NCBI GenBank assembly: GCA_934182605.1
Contig: CAKPRQ010000005.1
Location: 3,788-67,787 of the forward strand
Length of the DNA stretch: 64,000 bases
Source of the DNA: an uncultured Clostridia bacterium
GTDB lineage: Bacteria; Bacillota; Clostridia; TANB77; CAG-508
Direction of reading: 5' to 3'
The position numbers and the translations under genes are program-made. Below the pieces are notes generated by a model, which was given only the letters and a program-made list of their open reading frames with translations, was not told where the DNA came from and did not search any database. Below are positions 44,380 to 54,108 of the stretch, piece after piece (positions within the stretch are counted from its first letter, which is position 1; each line of letters starts with the position of its first letter).

Positions 44380-44530
44380 GTAAGTGTTGATATTGCTGGG
44401 TTTGGTGTAATTGTGTTATGCTTTGTTAGAGTAAGTTAATCGGTGAAATTGGTGATGCTTTGTTTGTGTTAAATTGTGTTTAAAATCGTGTAGTTTTGTA
44501 GAGAGTGTGACCAAGGTGTGACTAAGAAAC
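44380..44530. repeat. Strongly GT-skewed (plus strand) repeat-containing segment at the left edge of the integrase element
   Basis: Short direct repeats (attgtgtt twice, tgctttgtt twice, gtgtgac twice). Composition is unlike the surrounding AT-rich DNA. Confidence 0.3.
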
Positions 44531-44540
44531 CACTTCTTAA

Positions 44541-44574
44541 AGATGTAAAAAATACACATATTATAATGTGTATT
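44541..44574 (-). terminator. Terminator hairpin (aatacacat / atgtgtatt) plus T-tract for the TPR gene
   Basis: Seen directly, immediately 3' of the stop at 44575. Confidence 0.5.
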
Positions 44575-46878
44575 TTATAAAATATCTTTTATTATCTTTT
44601 TTAATATTCCCCATATTAATTCTGCTTCTTCCGTTTCAATATTCATAGTTTTTCTAAGCTCTACACTTGGATGTATTAAGTTTCTATAATTTCGTAAAAA
44701 TTGTGTCAAATGATAATCTGTCTGATGTATTATATATTCTTTTTGAGCAACTTCTATTAAATCAGCTAATCCCATATCTTTAACTTTAATTTTTCTCTCT
44801 TTACCATCTTTTATTAAACTATAATTTTTAATTCCCTTCTCTTGTACTTTATAATTTAGTAAAGCCTCTGCCATGCTTCCTGATAATACAATAGCAGTTT
44901 TTTCTTGTTTACTTGCCATTGCTATTGCACATTCTTTAAAATCTCTTAATAGTATTTCAACAATTTCTTTATCTTCTATTTTTCTTATTTTATTTTTTAA
45001 TTCATCTGTATATCCAATACTACTTAAATAGTCAATGTTTATATTTCCTGAAATATTTTCATATTCTTTATTAGCTTCTATATACTCTATTCTTTCTTGA
45101 AGATAATCTCTTACCAATTCATTTAATCTATATTGGTTTCTTCCCCAATCATCTTGACTTTTAATTTTCACTATATATTTTTTATTAGTAAATGTCTCAA
45201 ATAATTCTTGAGCTTTTTCTGGACTAGTCTTTAAAATTTTAGGTCGTTCATTATATGAACATGTTATTATGCCATCTTCTACTTGCTCATATAATAATTC
45301 CAATTTTGATAGCACCCATACTTTTTCTTTTTGAATTTCTTCATATGCTTCATATAAATCACTTATTTTCTTATTAACATCCTTTAAATTTGAAGATGAA
45401 ATATTATCCTCTGGATCTGATGCTGATGCAATTTCAAAATACTCCTTAGCTTTAAACAGATTTCCCTCTTCTTTATAGATAACACCTAAATTATTGTTAT
45501 ATGCAGAATTATTAGGGTTTTCTTCTAATAAATATTCATATAATTGTCTTGCCACATTTTTATCCCTATGAGAATATGCTATTTCAAAAATATTCTTCAT
45601 TTTCAATAAGTGTCTAATTTTAATATCTTTTACTAATCTATCTATATAATCATACATATCTCTTTTGAATAACTCTTTTACTATGCAATCTATAAAAGTC
45701 CTTATTAAATCTCCTACTGAAATATCATAATTTTGAATATTATCCTTTATAATTATTAATCTATTTACAATTTTTATTAAATCTTCTTTATTTGTATATT
45801 CTAAATAAAAATCATATTTCTTCTTTCCAAAGACTTCTCTAGCAATTCTATTCTCTGCATATTGTTTTATTGCAAAGTCAAATGCTTCAAAATTTTTTTC
45901 TACATTTATATACATATTAAATATTAGAATATATATTTCTTTTTCATAGTCGTAATATTTTAAAGCTGATATTAAATTCTTTATATCCTTTAATTTATAA
46001 TTTATGTCTTCTCCATTATTAATCTTGATATTTAAATATGAGCCTTTCATTATTCTTATTTTTGCTTGTTTTTTATTCGTAAAAGAGTTCTCTAATTCTT
46101 CGAAAATTTTCATATATAAATCATTTAAATCAACATCAATTTCATTTTTCCAAAAATACATATCCTCTATTTGACATTTTATTGGAATTTTTTCCATTAT
46201 TTCACTAACATTTTCTTCATCTTCTTCCAAATATAATAGTATAATATAGTGCCAGTATTTTAGTTCATTCTTAATATCTTCATTAATTATATCTGTTATA
46301 TTTTTTATTATTTCTTCTTTATTTTCTAATTCTTTGTTTTCCAATATTTCACTTGATATTTTTAACAAATAATAAAAATGCTCTTTTGACTTATCTTTAA
46401 ATTTCACTTTTTCTATTAATTCTACTGTTCTTTTATAATTCTTCTCTCTATATGAATATTCTATAAAACTTTTATAAATATTTTCATCTGCAATATTGTT
46501 TTCTAAGAAATACTCTATAATTTTGTTCTTTTCTTTATTACTTTCTCTAATAAAAAGTCTTTTATATAATTCAATATCCTGTTCAAATTCTTTTAGTCCT
46601 TTTTTTAAAAAACCTATTGCAATATTGTTATCTTCAACCTCTAAGTCGTCGTATCTATAATATGAAAATCTAAAACTCGGAATGCAATTAATACTCTTTT
46701 CATAATAATATTTCGCTTTTAAAGTATTTCTCTCTTCTTTTCGTTCTTCTATCATTCCTAGCATATGATATAACCTTGCAAATTCTTCTTCATGTTTCTT
46801 ATCTTTTAGCATAATTTCAATTAGTTTTTTTGCTTCATTATCTTTATTTTGTTTTAATAGTTCAATTAGTTCTTCCAT
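44575..46878 (-). CDS. large TPR-repeat protein with a C-terminal HEPN-like (Rx6H) domain
   Basis: 767 aa. TPR-like repeats include AYNNNLGVIYKEEGNLFKAKEYFEIASASDP. The C-terminus reads ...QFLRNYRNLIHP..., an Rx4-6H motif. Confidence 0.45.
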   Translation of the reverse strand: MEELIELLKQNKDNEAKKLIEIMLKDKKHEEEFARLYHMLGMIEERKEERNTLKAKYYYEKSINCIPSFRFSYYRYDDLEVEDNNIAIGFLKKGLKEFEQDIELYKRLFIRESNKEKNKIIEYFLENNIADENIYKSFIEYSYREKNYKRTVELIEKVKFKDKSKEHFYYLLKISSEILENKELENKEEIIKNITDIINEDIKNELKYWHYIILLYLEEDEENVSEIMEKIPIKCQIEDMYFWKNEIDVDLNDLYMKIFEELENSFTNKKQAKIRIMKGSYLNIKINNGEDINYKLKDIKNLISALKYYDYEKEIYILIFNMYINVEKNFEAFDFAIKQYAENRIAREVFGKKKYDFYLEYTNKEDLIKIVNRLIIIKDNIQNYDISVGDLIRTFIDCIVKELFKRDMYDYIDRLVKDIKIRHLLKMKNIFEIAYSHRDKNVARQLYEYLLEENPNNSAYNNNLGVIYKEEGNLFKAKEYFEIASASDPEDNISSSNLKDVNKKISDLYEAYEEIQKEKVWVLSKLELLYEQVEDGIITCSYNERPKILKTSPEKAQELFETFTNKKYIVKIKSQDDWGRNQYRLNELVRDYLQERIEYIEANKEYENISGNINIDYLSSIGYTDELKNKIRKIEDKEIVEILLRDFKECAIAMASKQEKTAIVLSGSMAEALLNYKVQEKGIKNYSLIKDGKERKIKVKDMGLADLIEVAQKEYIIHQTDYHLTQFLRNYRNLIHPSVELRKTMNIETEEAELIWGILKKIIKDIL

Positions 46879-46968
46879 AGTAAATCCTTTCGATACTTTT
46901 TAACTATTATATTAACATTATTTAATCAAATATTTTGTCGAAACTTGTAGAAAATTATACTTTTATAA

Positions 46969-47796
46969 TTATTTATGGTTATCTATTTTATCAATATATT
47001 CATCCCAATCTTGTTCATTTCCTTCCATTTCGTGCAACCAAAAATACATAAATAATATTTCAAATTCTTGTTTTTTACCTTTAGTAAATGATTTCTTTGG
47101 CATGTTCCTATATAATGAATCTATATTAAATAAATTATCTCCATTTTTATAATCATATTCATATCCTCTATATGATTCACTATTTTTCTTTTTGTGTTTA
47201 CTTCCCCATATTTCTGGAGTTTCATAAAAATAATTTACCCAATCGAAAGCAAAAGCACATAAATTTACACCATATTTATTTTTCGTTTTCTCTATCCATT
47301 CATCTATTTCTTCATTTATCGATGGAATATTCCACCTTGATTGATTACTTTCCACTCTATGATATTCTTTTAAAAATTTGTATAACATTTCTTCTTGCCC
47401 TTTTAAATATGGAAATCTCTTTATATACTCAGCATAGCACTCATAAGATAAACTTCTGAATTCACTTTCTTCACTTAATAAATAAAAATAAGTTTGTTCT
47501 ATCCTTGTGCCTCTTCCTATTGACTTATCTAAAAAGTTTCCATATTCAGAATATATATTTACTAACCATTCTCTTATTTCAGAATCATAATCTCTTAATT
47601 TTTTACGATATTTATCTAATTTTTCTTCTTTTGCTATTGTTGTTTCCTCTAGTTCTGTAATATCTAAATAATTATTAAAATATTCAAATATATAGTTTAC
47701 ACATATTTTTAAATTTTCATCTTTTTTATTTTTATCAAATTCATTTATTCCATCTTCTTTTTTTCTTTTTTCAACATATTCTTCTAACTTCATCAT
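46969..47796 (-). CDS. hypothetical protein (middle gene of the three-gene cassette)
   Basis: 275-aa acidic protein rich in aromatic residues. No motif was recognised. Confidence 0.4.
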   Translation of the reverse strand: MMKLEEYVEKRKKEDGINEFDKNKKDENLKICVNYIFEYFNNYLDITELEETTIAKEEKLDKYRKKLRDYDSEIREWLVNIYSEYGNFLDKSIGRGTRIEQTYFYLLSEESEFRSLSYECYAEYIKRFPYLKGQEEMLYKFLKEYHRVESNQSRWNIPSINEEIDEWIEKTKNKYGVNLCAFAFDWVNYFYETPEIWGSKHKKKNSESYRGYEYDYKNGDNLFNIDSLYRNMPKKSFTKGKKQEFEILFMYFWLHEMEGNEQDWDEYIDKIDNHK

Positions 47797-47817
47797 ATTA
47801 TTTTTTCTCCTATCTGA

Positions 47818-48579
47818 TTAAAATATACTTTCAAACTCCAATGGCACTATATCTTCATAAAGCAATGTATATTGCGAATTAACTTGCCTATAATCATGGT
47901 AATGTCCAAAATACCATTTTTTAAATTCACACTTTTCTGATATTTGCTGCAAATAATCTGTTAAACAATCTTTCTTATATTTTCCTGCACCTAATATAAC
48001 TTGTACACTTGTTGGACAACAATGTGAAATAATATAATCAACTTTATAATTTACTTTTTCTAAATTTTTAATTCCATTTTCCATCTCTTCATTTGTTGGC
48101 AATTCTAAATCCCACCATGAGTAATCTCTAATTCTAAAATATGCACCTCTTTTTCTAAAGTTATATATCTTTTCTTCTTCATCTAAGTTTAATATTCCAT
48201 CTTGTATATCATGTGAAGATGCTCCACCAAATGCAAATATTTTTTTATTATCTATTTCAAAAATTTCACCTCTCATTAGGTGTAATACTGAATCTCTAAT
48301 TTTGTGTACCTTCCCTCCGTGCCACTTTTTCTCTGGATAGTTATATAATCTAGTAAAATTCTCATGATTACCATCTACAAATAATGTTGTAAAATTCTTT
48401 TTATTTAACCAATCTAACCCATACTTTTCCTGTTCACTCTCGTTTTCAAATGTCCAAACTCCGCCAAAGTCTCCGCATATAATAACATAATCATCTTTTG
48501 TCATTTCTGTTTGAATAGGAAAGTTATCCATTGAAAATCTTGTAAAGTCAGAATGGCAATCTCCTGTTATATAAATCAT
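47818..48579 (-). CDS. calcineurin-like metallophosphoesterase
   Basis: MPP motifs GDCHSD, GDFGGVW and GNHEN are present. Confidence 0.7.
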   Translation of the reverse strand: MIYITGDCHSDFTRFSMDNFPIQTEMTKDDYVIICGDFGGVWTFENESEQEKYGLDWLNKKNFTTLFVDGNHENFTRLYNYPEKKWHGGKVHKIRDSVLHLMRGEIFEIDNKKIFAFGGASSHDIQDGILNLDEEEKIYNFRKRGAYFRIRDYSWWDLELPTNEEMENGIKNLEKVNYKVDYIISHCCPTSVQVILGAGKYKKDCLTDYLQQISEKCEFKKWYFGHYHDYRQVNSQYTLLYEDIVPLEFESIF

Positions 48580-48737
48580 TTTATCACCTTTTTCTGTTCA
48601 TTTCGGTATTTAATATATAAACATATTGATTTTTATTCATTTCTTATATACCGCTTCTGAATTTATTTGTATTATACTATTTTTTATTTAAAATTCCTAG
48701 TATTTTTACAGAAAAAGAAACCTTTAATCAAAGGCTT

Positions 48738-50063
48738 CTAAAATGGCAATATTATTTCTTCATTTTCTTTATTTGTAGAATTTTTACCTAAATCTGGACT
48801 TATCATTTGTTGATGTACCGCAATTACAGCTATACTTTCATTGTTAATTTTTCTTCTTATCATATTTCTATCTTTTTCAGCAATTGCAATGCTTCCATGT
48901 TTTTTCAAATATGTCCAAAGCGCTCCTGGGTTTAATGGAAATTTAATATTTTGTTTTTCATAATATTCTACAACTAATTTATATGCAGTTCCTGGTATTA
49001 AATAATACATGCTTTTTTGACTGTCATAACATCCTAAAACTTTTGCATATGGATTCGTACTACTTTGGTTTTCATGTAGATATACTTGAAAATATGCTTC
49101 TCCACTTGCCAACAATTCTTGTATTGCATAGAAAAACATTTTATCTGGTTTTGAATCTGATGTTCTAATACTTTGTTTATTTGCTAATTTTAACAAACTA
49201 TTAAAACATATTAGTTTCCATTCAGTCATAATCGTTGTATCTATAACACCATTGGCTCTTGCAAATTCAAAAAACATTTCACAACCTATATACAATGATG
49301 CCATATTTTCTGGTATTCTCGCATGAGAAAAATCTCTGTTAAATTTTTCTCTATATCTAGGAAAGTCAATCTTTATTTGCTCTCTAACTTTATCGTAATT
49401 TACAATTATCCATTTTATATACTCTCTCATACAAATATTAAGCTTATCTTTATTTCCTTGTAAGTATGATAAAATATCTAATCTTAAATCTCCCTTTTCT
49501 ATTTCTACAATTACGCTTCTGGCTACCCTACTTTCTGCGAAATTAGGAAAGTTTTCTCCTGTTGCCATTAATATTCCTCTTGAGCTATATGATTTTCTTA
49601 TATCTTTACCATTTTGTTTCATTCTTGATCTGCCTTGTTTATCTCCTGCCATTCCAAATATACTTTCCGCAACTGCTTCCATTTTTCTCGACTCTTGTAA
49701 TGATTGACTTGGATAATAGTCATCTATTAACAATACACTGTCTTTTACTATAAAAGCTTGTTTTTCTAGACTATTTACCGTATCTTTAAACCCACAAGGT
49801 ATTGTATCTCTTTCAAAATTTCCAAAGTGCGATAACATTAATGCTGCTAAAGTACTTTTTTGTGTTCCACTTTCTCCTAGTATCCAAGTAACAAAACCAT
49901 TAGCTATTCCTATTTCTCTAAATATTTCTTGTAAAGGTGCTAAAAAAATGGTTCCTAATAATGGTACTATAATAGTTTCTTTCCCTACATTTAATAAGCT
50001 GAGTGATGTTTCTACACATTCCTTTATTTGTTTTGAATCTAACTGGTCTTCTATAAACTTATA
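48738..50063 (-). CDS. P4/D5-type helicase C-terminal module of a primase-helicase (in frame with the upstream primase ORF across a single TAA)
   Basis: P-loop-like GESGTQKST lies immediately upstream of the annotated Met. Walker B VLLIDDYYP. The frame is open from 50063 down to 48738. Confidence 0.55.
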   Translation of the reverse strand, partial: YKFIEDQLDSKQIKECVETSLSLLNVGKETIIVPLLGTIFLAPLQEIFREIGIANGFVTWILGESGTQKSTLAALMLSHFGNFERDTIPCGFKDTVNSLEKQAFIVKDSVLLIDDYYPSQSLQESRKMEAVAESIFGMAGDKQGRSRMKQNGKDIRKSYSSRGILMATGENFPNFAESRVARSVIVEIEKGDLRLDILSYLQGNKDKLNICMREYIKWIIVNYDKVREQIKIDFPRYREKFNRDFSHARIPENMASLYIGCEMFFEFARANGVIDTTIMTEWKLICFNSLLKLANKQSIRTSDSKPDKMFFYAIQELLASGEAYFQVYLHENQSSTNPYAKVLGCYDSQKSMYYLIPGTAYKLVVEYYEKQNIKFPLNPGALWTYLKKHGSIAIAEKDRNMIRRKINNESIAVIAVHQQMISPDLGKNSTNKENEEIILPF

Positions 50064-51518
50064 TTATTCTAGTCCTGACTCACTTAAATCAACTTTTATA
50101 TCTTTATTCTCTCCAATTACTCCACCATGATATAAATAATGTAATTTTCCATTTATTTTTCTAAAACCCATATGTGAATATATTATTTCTTTAGTTGATA
50201 ATTTACTTAATATTTTTGATGTATCTTTAAAATATTCTTTATTATTTCCATTTGGACTTATTCTAGGCTCAAAGTTCCATGTTCCATTTGCAATCCAATT
50301 TAAGCTCTCAAAGTCTTTTATATTTAGTGTTATTTTTGGCAACTCTTCTCCTGTATTTAAAATAGTTTTTAAAGTAACATCTGTCCTTGTTTCATTTCCA
50401 TCATTATATGTAATAAACTTTGTTGGAATTGCAATAAAATTACTTATTACTTTATCTTCTAATACATCCTTTTTTATTATTTTCTTAACCAACCCTCTGT
50501 CAGAAAATTCATAACTATGAGGTCTTAATAAATCATTATATTGTTTATACTTATCTTCTGATATTTCAAATTCATCATTATATGCATATCCTTCTAATAA
50601 TCTTGGACAATAATAATTATCACTTTTATATTCTATACTTTTTCCTCCATAAAAGAAATCTGCTAAATTTTGTTTTGATGTATCTGGATTAAAATCTTTA
50701 AATATTTCTAATAATTTTTTAGGGATTTTTTCAGCAGTTTTATAATCCACAATGGGTTCTTCCAAAACATAACCAACCCTAAATTTATGTTGTTCCTCAC
50801 TATGGCTAAATGTATAATATGCAAATGTAGGCATAAACTCTATTTTCTTACAATATTCTAGTAATTTATTTATTGTTGCATGTTCTTTTTCATTTGCACA
50901 TATTTTTATTCCATTTTTTGTGTTATCAAAATCCACTAAAAATAATTGTTGCCCTTTAAAATTTTGTTTTGCATTCGACTTTATTCCTGATGGAATTATT
51001 GTTTTTCCTTTTACAATATTATTTAATATTTCATCTAATGAATATTTTTTTATTTCAAGATTAGGTATTCGATTTTTTATATATGCCGCCTCTTTCTTAT
51101 CTGGCTTGCTTGTATGTTCTATTATATCAAACATACAATTTATATCTCTCGGTTTATTACCTTTATCAAATACTAAATCTGTAATTTTTTCTTTTGTTCT
51201 ATTTTTACTGAAGCAAGACATATTTTCTTTTATCTCTATATTTAATCCAAAGTCATTAATCAATTGTTTTGCTGCATCAAAATATGTTGGTAAATTTTTA
51301 TATTGCATTACAAATGTTACCATATTACCACTATGCTCTTTTGCTGCAAAATCTGTAAAACCTTTTTCATCATTTACCCAGAACGACGGATGCTTTTCAT
51401 TTCTAAATGGCGAACAATATCCAATACTATTTCCAGAATGTTGTTGCGGTTCACCTAAATAATATCTTGCTACTTGTTTATTTGTTAATTTACTTCTAAT
51501 TTCATCATATATATTCAA
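50064..51518 (-). CDS. primase module (CHC2-type zinc finger) of a phage/plasmid primase-helicase
   Basis: CHC2-like zinc-finger motif YCSPFRNEKHPSFWV. It ends at a TAA that is in frame with the helicase module. Confidence 0.55.
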   Translation of the reverse strand: MNIYDEIRSKLTNKQVARYYLGEPQQHSGNSIGYCSPFRNEKHPSFWVNDEKGFTDFAAKEHSGNMVTFVMQYKNLPTYFDAAKQLINDFGLNIEIKENMSCFSKNRTKEKITDLVFDKGNKPRDINCMFDIIEHTSKPDKKEAAYIKNRIPNLEIKKYSLDEILNNIVKGKTIIPSGIKSNAKQNFKGQQLFLVDFDNTKNGIKICANEKEHATINKLLEYCKKIEFMPTFAYYTFSHSEEQHKFRVGYVLEEPIVDYKTAEKIPKKLLEIFKDFNPDTSKQNLADFFYGGKSIEYKSDNYYCPRLLEGYAYNDEFEISEDKYKQYNDLLRPHSYEFSDRGLVKKIIKKDVLEDKVISNFIAIPTKFITYNDGNETRTDVTLKTILNTGEELPKITLNIKDFESLNWIANGTWNFEPRISPNGNNKEYFKDTSKILSKLSTKEIIYSHMGFRKINGKLHYLYHGGVIGENKDIKVDLSESGLE

Positions 51519-51664
51519 TTGTATCCCTCCTAAAATATTTCTAAATTTATTGAATATTTTAGGCTAATCGTATATAATATATTTAGAGATTGTTTATATA
51601 GGTTAACCTTTATATTCAATTATATTGTTCTTTCAAGTACCAATTGAAAGGACAATTTTTTATT

Positions 51665-51883
51665 TTATACAATGTGAAAATCCCTTCTTTCATTCAAAAT
51701 GCTATTTTCTTCTTGAGATTTTATAAAATCGTTTACTGATTTTTTTGTAAAAAATACTCTTCTACCAATCCTTACAAATTTTATTTTTCTTTCTCTGATT
51801 AATTTTGAAAGAGACCACTCTGTAAATATCGGTTTATATTTTTCTATTACTTGTTGTTTTGTTAAGAATTCTTCTTCATCCAT
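51665..51883 (-). CDS. excisionase/AlpA-like HTH DNA-binding protein
   Basis: 72 aa containing LTKQQVIEKY...VRIGRRVFFTKKSVNDFI (HTH_17/Xis pattern). Confidence 0.55.
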   Translation of the reverse strand: MDEEEFLTKQQVIEKYKPIFTEWSLSKLIRERKIKFVRIGRRVFFTKKSVNDFIKSQEENSILNERRDFHIV

Positions 51884-51884
51884 T

Positions 51885-52079
51885 TTATTTTGTGTTCACC
51901 TCCTGCTTCTTTAACCAAATTAAAAACTCTTTTTTAGGTATTAATTTTCTATTCCCTATTTTTACTAATGGAATTTGTCCAGAATTTATTAAATTATATA
52001 CTCCTGCTTTTGAAATTCTCATTTTTTCTTGAATTTCTTTAACAGTTAATAGCTCTGGAATATCTGTTTTTTCTTGCAT
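51885..52079 (-). CDS. excisionase-like HTH DNA-binding protein
   Basis: 64 aa containing LLTVKEIQEKMRISKAGVYNLINSGQIPLVKIGNRKLIPKKEF. Confidence 0.6.
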   Translation of the reverse strand: MQEKTDIPELLTVKEIQEKMRISKAGVYNLINSGQIPLVKIGNRKLIPKKEFLIWLKKQEVNTK

Positions 52080-52197
52080 AATCTCACCTCCTTAGAATTA
52101 TTCGAAGTAATTGACAGATTATTCTTGACTTTTAATATGTCTATATGTTACAATAGATTCAAATTTAAGTCAAGACATTTTTGAAATTTATTTTAAA

Positions 52198-52911
52198 ATG
52201 TCTAAAAAGGAGATAGTTATGAAACAAGACTCAAAGCAAATTCATCTATATATAAATAATGATACATGTTATCTTATAGATATTGAAAAAAAAGCTGTTA
52301 CTAAAGAATTTAATTTAGGTAATTTTGTAATTGAATTATTTGAAGAAACTAATGCAACTGAAAAACATTTAATTGAATTTTTGTTAAATAATCATGCAGA
52401 TTCATTATATAATTTAGGTAATGAATTATCAAAAATGGGACCATTCAAATGTAGAATTTTTAGTGGAATTAAAATAGAGAATGATTTACAAATGCCATTA
52501 GAAATTTATACTTTTAAATCTTATCATGATTTTATTTTATTCATTTTATATAGAGCCGCTGCTTTAAATATTCAATTTAATAAATGTAAAAATTGTGGCA
52601 AATATTTTGTTCCTACAACTAAAAGTAATGAAATATATTGTACTCGTGTTTTTAGAAATGGTAAGACTTGTAGAGATATCGGTTATGAGCTTTCTGTACA
52701 ATCTGATGAAATAACAAAGTTATATAGAAATGCATATAAAACTCAAAATGCCAAGAAGCAAAGAAATAAGGATATTGCTAATGTAGATAAACTATTTGCC
52801 AATTGGGCTTCTAAGGCTAAAGAGATGTATAAACTTTGTAAAGATAATAAAATTAAACTTGATGAACTTTCAAAATGGCTAAAAGATAATCAAGATTGGA
52901 TTAATAAGTAG
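52198..52911 (+). CDS. hypothetical zinc-ribbon protein upstream of the integrase
   Basis: 237 aa with a four-cysteine zinc-ribbon-like cluster (CKNCGKYF...CTR...KTCR). Confidence 0.4.
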   Translation: MSKKEIVMKQDSKQIHLYINNDTCYLIDIEKKAVTKEFNLGNFVIELFEETNATEKHLIEFLLNNHADSLYNLGNELSKMGPFKCRIFSGIKIENDLQMPLEIYTFKSYHDFILFILYRAAALNIQFNKCKNCGKYFVPTTKSNEIYCTRVFRNGKTCRDIGYELSVQSDEITKLYRNAYKTQNAKKQRNKDIANVDKLFANWASKAKEMYKLCKDNKIKLDELSKWLKDNQDWINK

Positions 52912-52923
52912 GAGGTAATATAT

Positions 52924-54108
52924 TTGGCAGGAAACATTCTATATATGGGAAATGAAAAATATAGACTTCGTGTTAGTAATGGTTTCGATTCAAATGGAAA
53001 AAGAAAATATTTCAATAAAACTGTTACTTGTTCATCTAAAAGGGAAGCCGAAAAAGAACTTGCAAAATTTATCACTTCAATTGAAGGCGGTTGCACGTAT
53101 TCTGCAAAAAAAGTTATATTAAATGATTTTAGTAAACAATGGTTAGAAACATATGTAAAACCTAATCTTTCACCAACAGCTTACCAAAGTTATAATGAAA
53201 AATTAAATAAACATATTTTACCATATTTAGGTAACAAGCGACTTGATAAAATAAAACCTTTGGATTTGGATAATCTGTATAATTTTTTGCTAACTAAACC
53301 AACTAATAGAAAAGACAAAAATGGTAATTACAAAACTTTATCTCCAGCTAGTGTACATCGTGCTCATGAAATATTATCTAGCATTTTCAGTAATGCTCTT
53401 AGGTGGGACATGGTTTCATATAATCCATGTACTAAAGTTGTTCAACCTAAATTTAAACGTACTAAAATGACATGTTATGATGAAGAAACATCTAAAAGAT
53501 TAATAAATGCCCTACTTAAGAAAGCTCCTATAAAATATAAATGCTTTGTTATTCTTGCTATATTAACTGGTTTTAGACGTGGTGAATTAGTTGGTTTGCA
53601 TTGGGATGATATTGATTTTAAAAATCATAAAATAAGTATTAAACGAAGTGCCTATTATTTAAGTGGTCAACCTACTTCTGAGAAGAGTCCTAAAACTGAT
53701 TTAAGTACTCGTACAATAGCAGTACCTAGTATTTGCTTTGATTTGCTTAAACAATGGAGATGTGAGCAAGGTAAGATGAGACTTGCATTGGGTAAATCTT
53801 GGAATGGTGCTAAAAATGTTTTTACTACTGCTGATGGTAGAATTATGAATCCTGCAACTGGTCCTAAATGGTTTAGTTCTTTCTTAACTAGAAATGGTTT
53901 TCCTCATATTCGTTTTCATGATTTGAGACATACTTTTGCTACTTTGCTTATTTCTGGTAATGTTGATGTTAAGACTGTTTCTCATAAATTAGGTCATGCT
54001 AGTACTGATACTACTTTGAAGTTTTATGTTCATGATTTGGAGTCTACCGATAGGGCTAGTGCGGAGTTGTTGGAGAATATGTTGGTTAAAGATGTGAATA
54101 TTGTATAA
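52924..54108 (+). CDS. int: tyrosine site-specific recombinase (phage integrase family)
   Basis: 394 aa with catalytic R...HDLRHTFAT...LGHASTDTTLKFYVH (R-H-R-Y). Confidence 0.85.
   Translation: MAGNILYMGNEKYRLRVSNGFDSNGKRKYFNKTVTCSSKREAEKELAKFITSIEGGCTYSAKKVILNDFSKQWLETYVKPNLSPTAYQSYNEKLNKHILPYLGNKRLDKIKPLDLDNLYNFLLTKPTNRKDKNGNYKTLSPASVHRAHEILSSIFSNALRWDMVSYNPCTKVVQPKFKRTKMTCYDEETSKRLINALLKKAPIKYKCFVILAILTGFRRGELVGLHWDDIDFKNHKISIKRSAYYLSGQPTSEKSPKTDLSTRTIAVPSICFDLLKQWRCEQGKMRLALGKSWNGAKNVFTTADGRIMNPATGPKWFSSFLTRNGFPHIRFHDLRHTFATLLISGNVDVKTVSHKLGHASTDTTLKFYVHDLESTDRASAELLENMLVKDVNIV

Noticed and set aside
44240-44400. Weak hairpin cgggttatgagcccg considered as a tRNA-like or att core
   Set aside because: Only 4-5 bp pair and there is no tRNA architecture. 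It is insufficient on its own and is noted only as part of the GT-rich boundary region.
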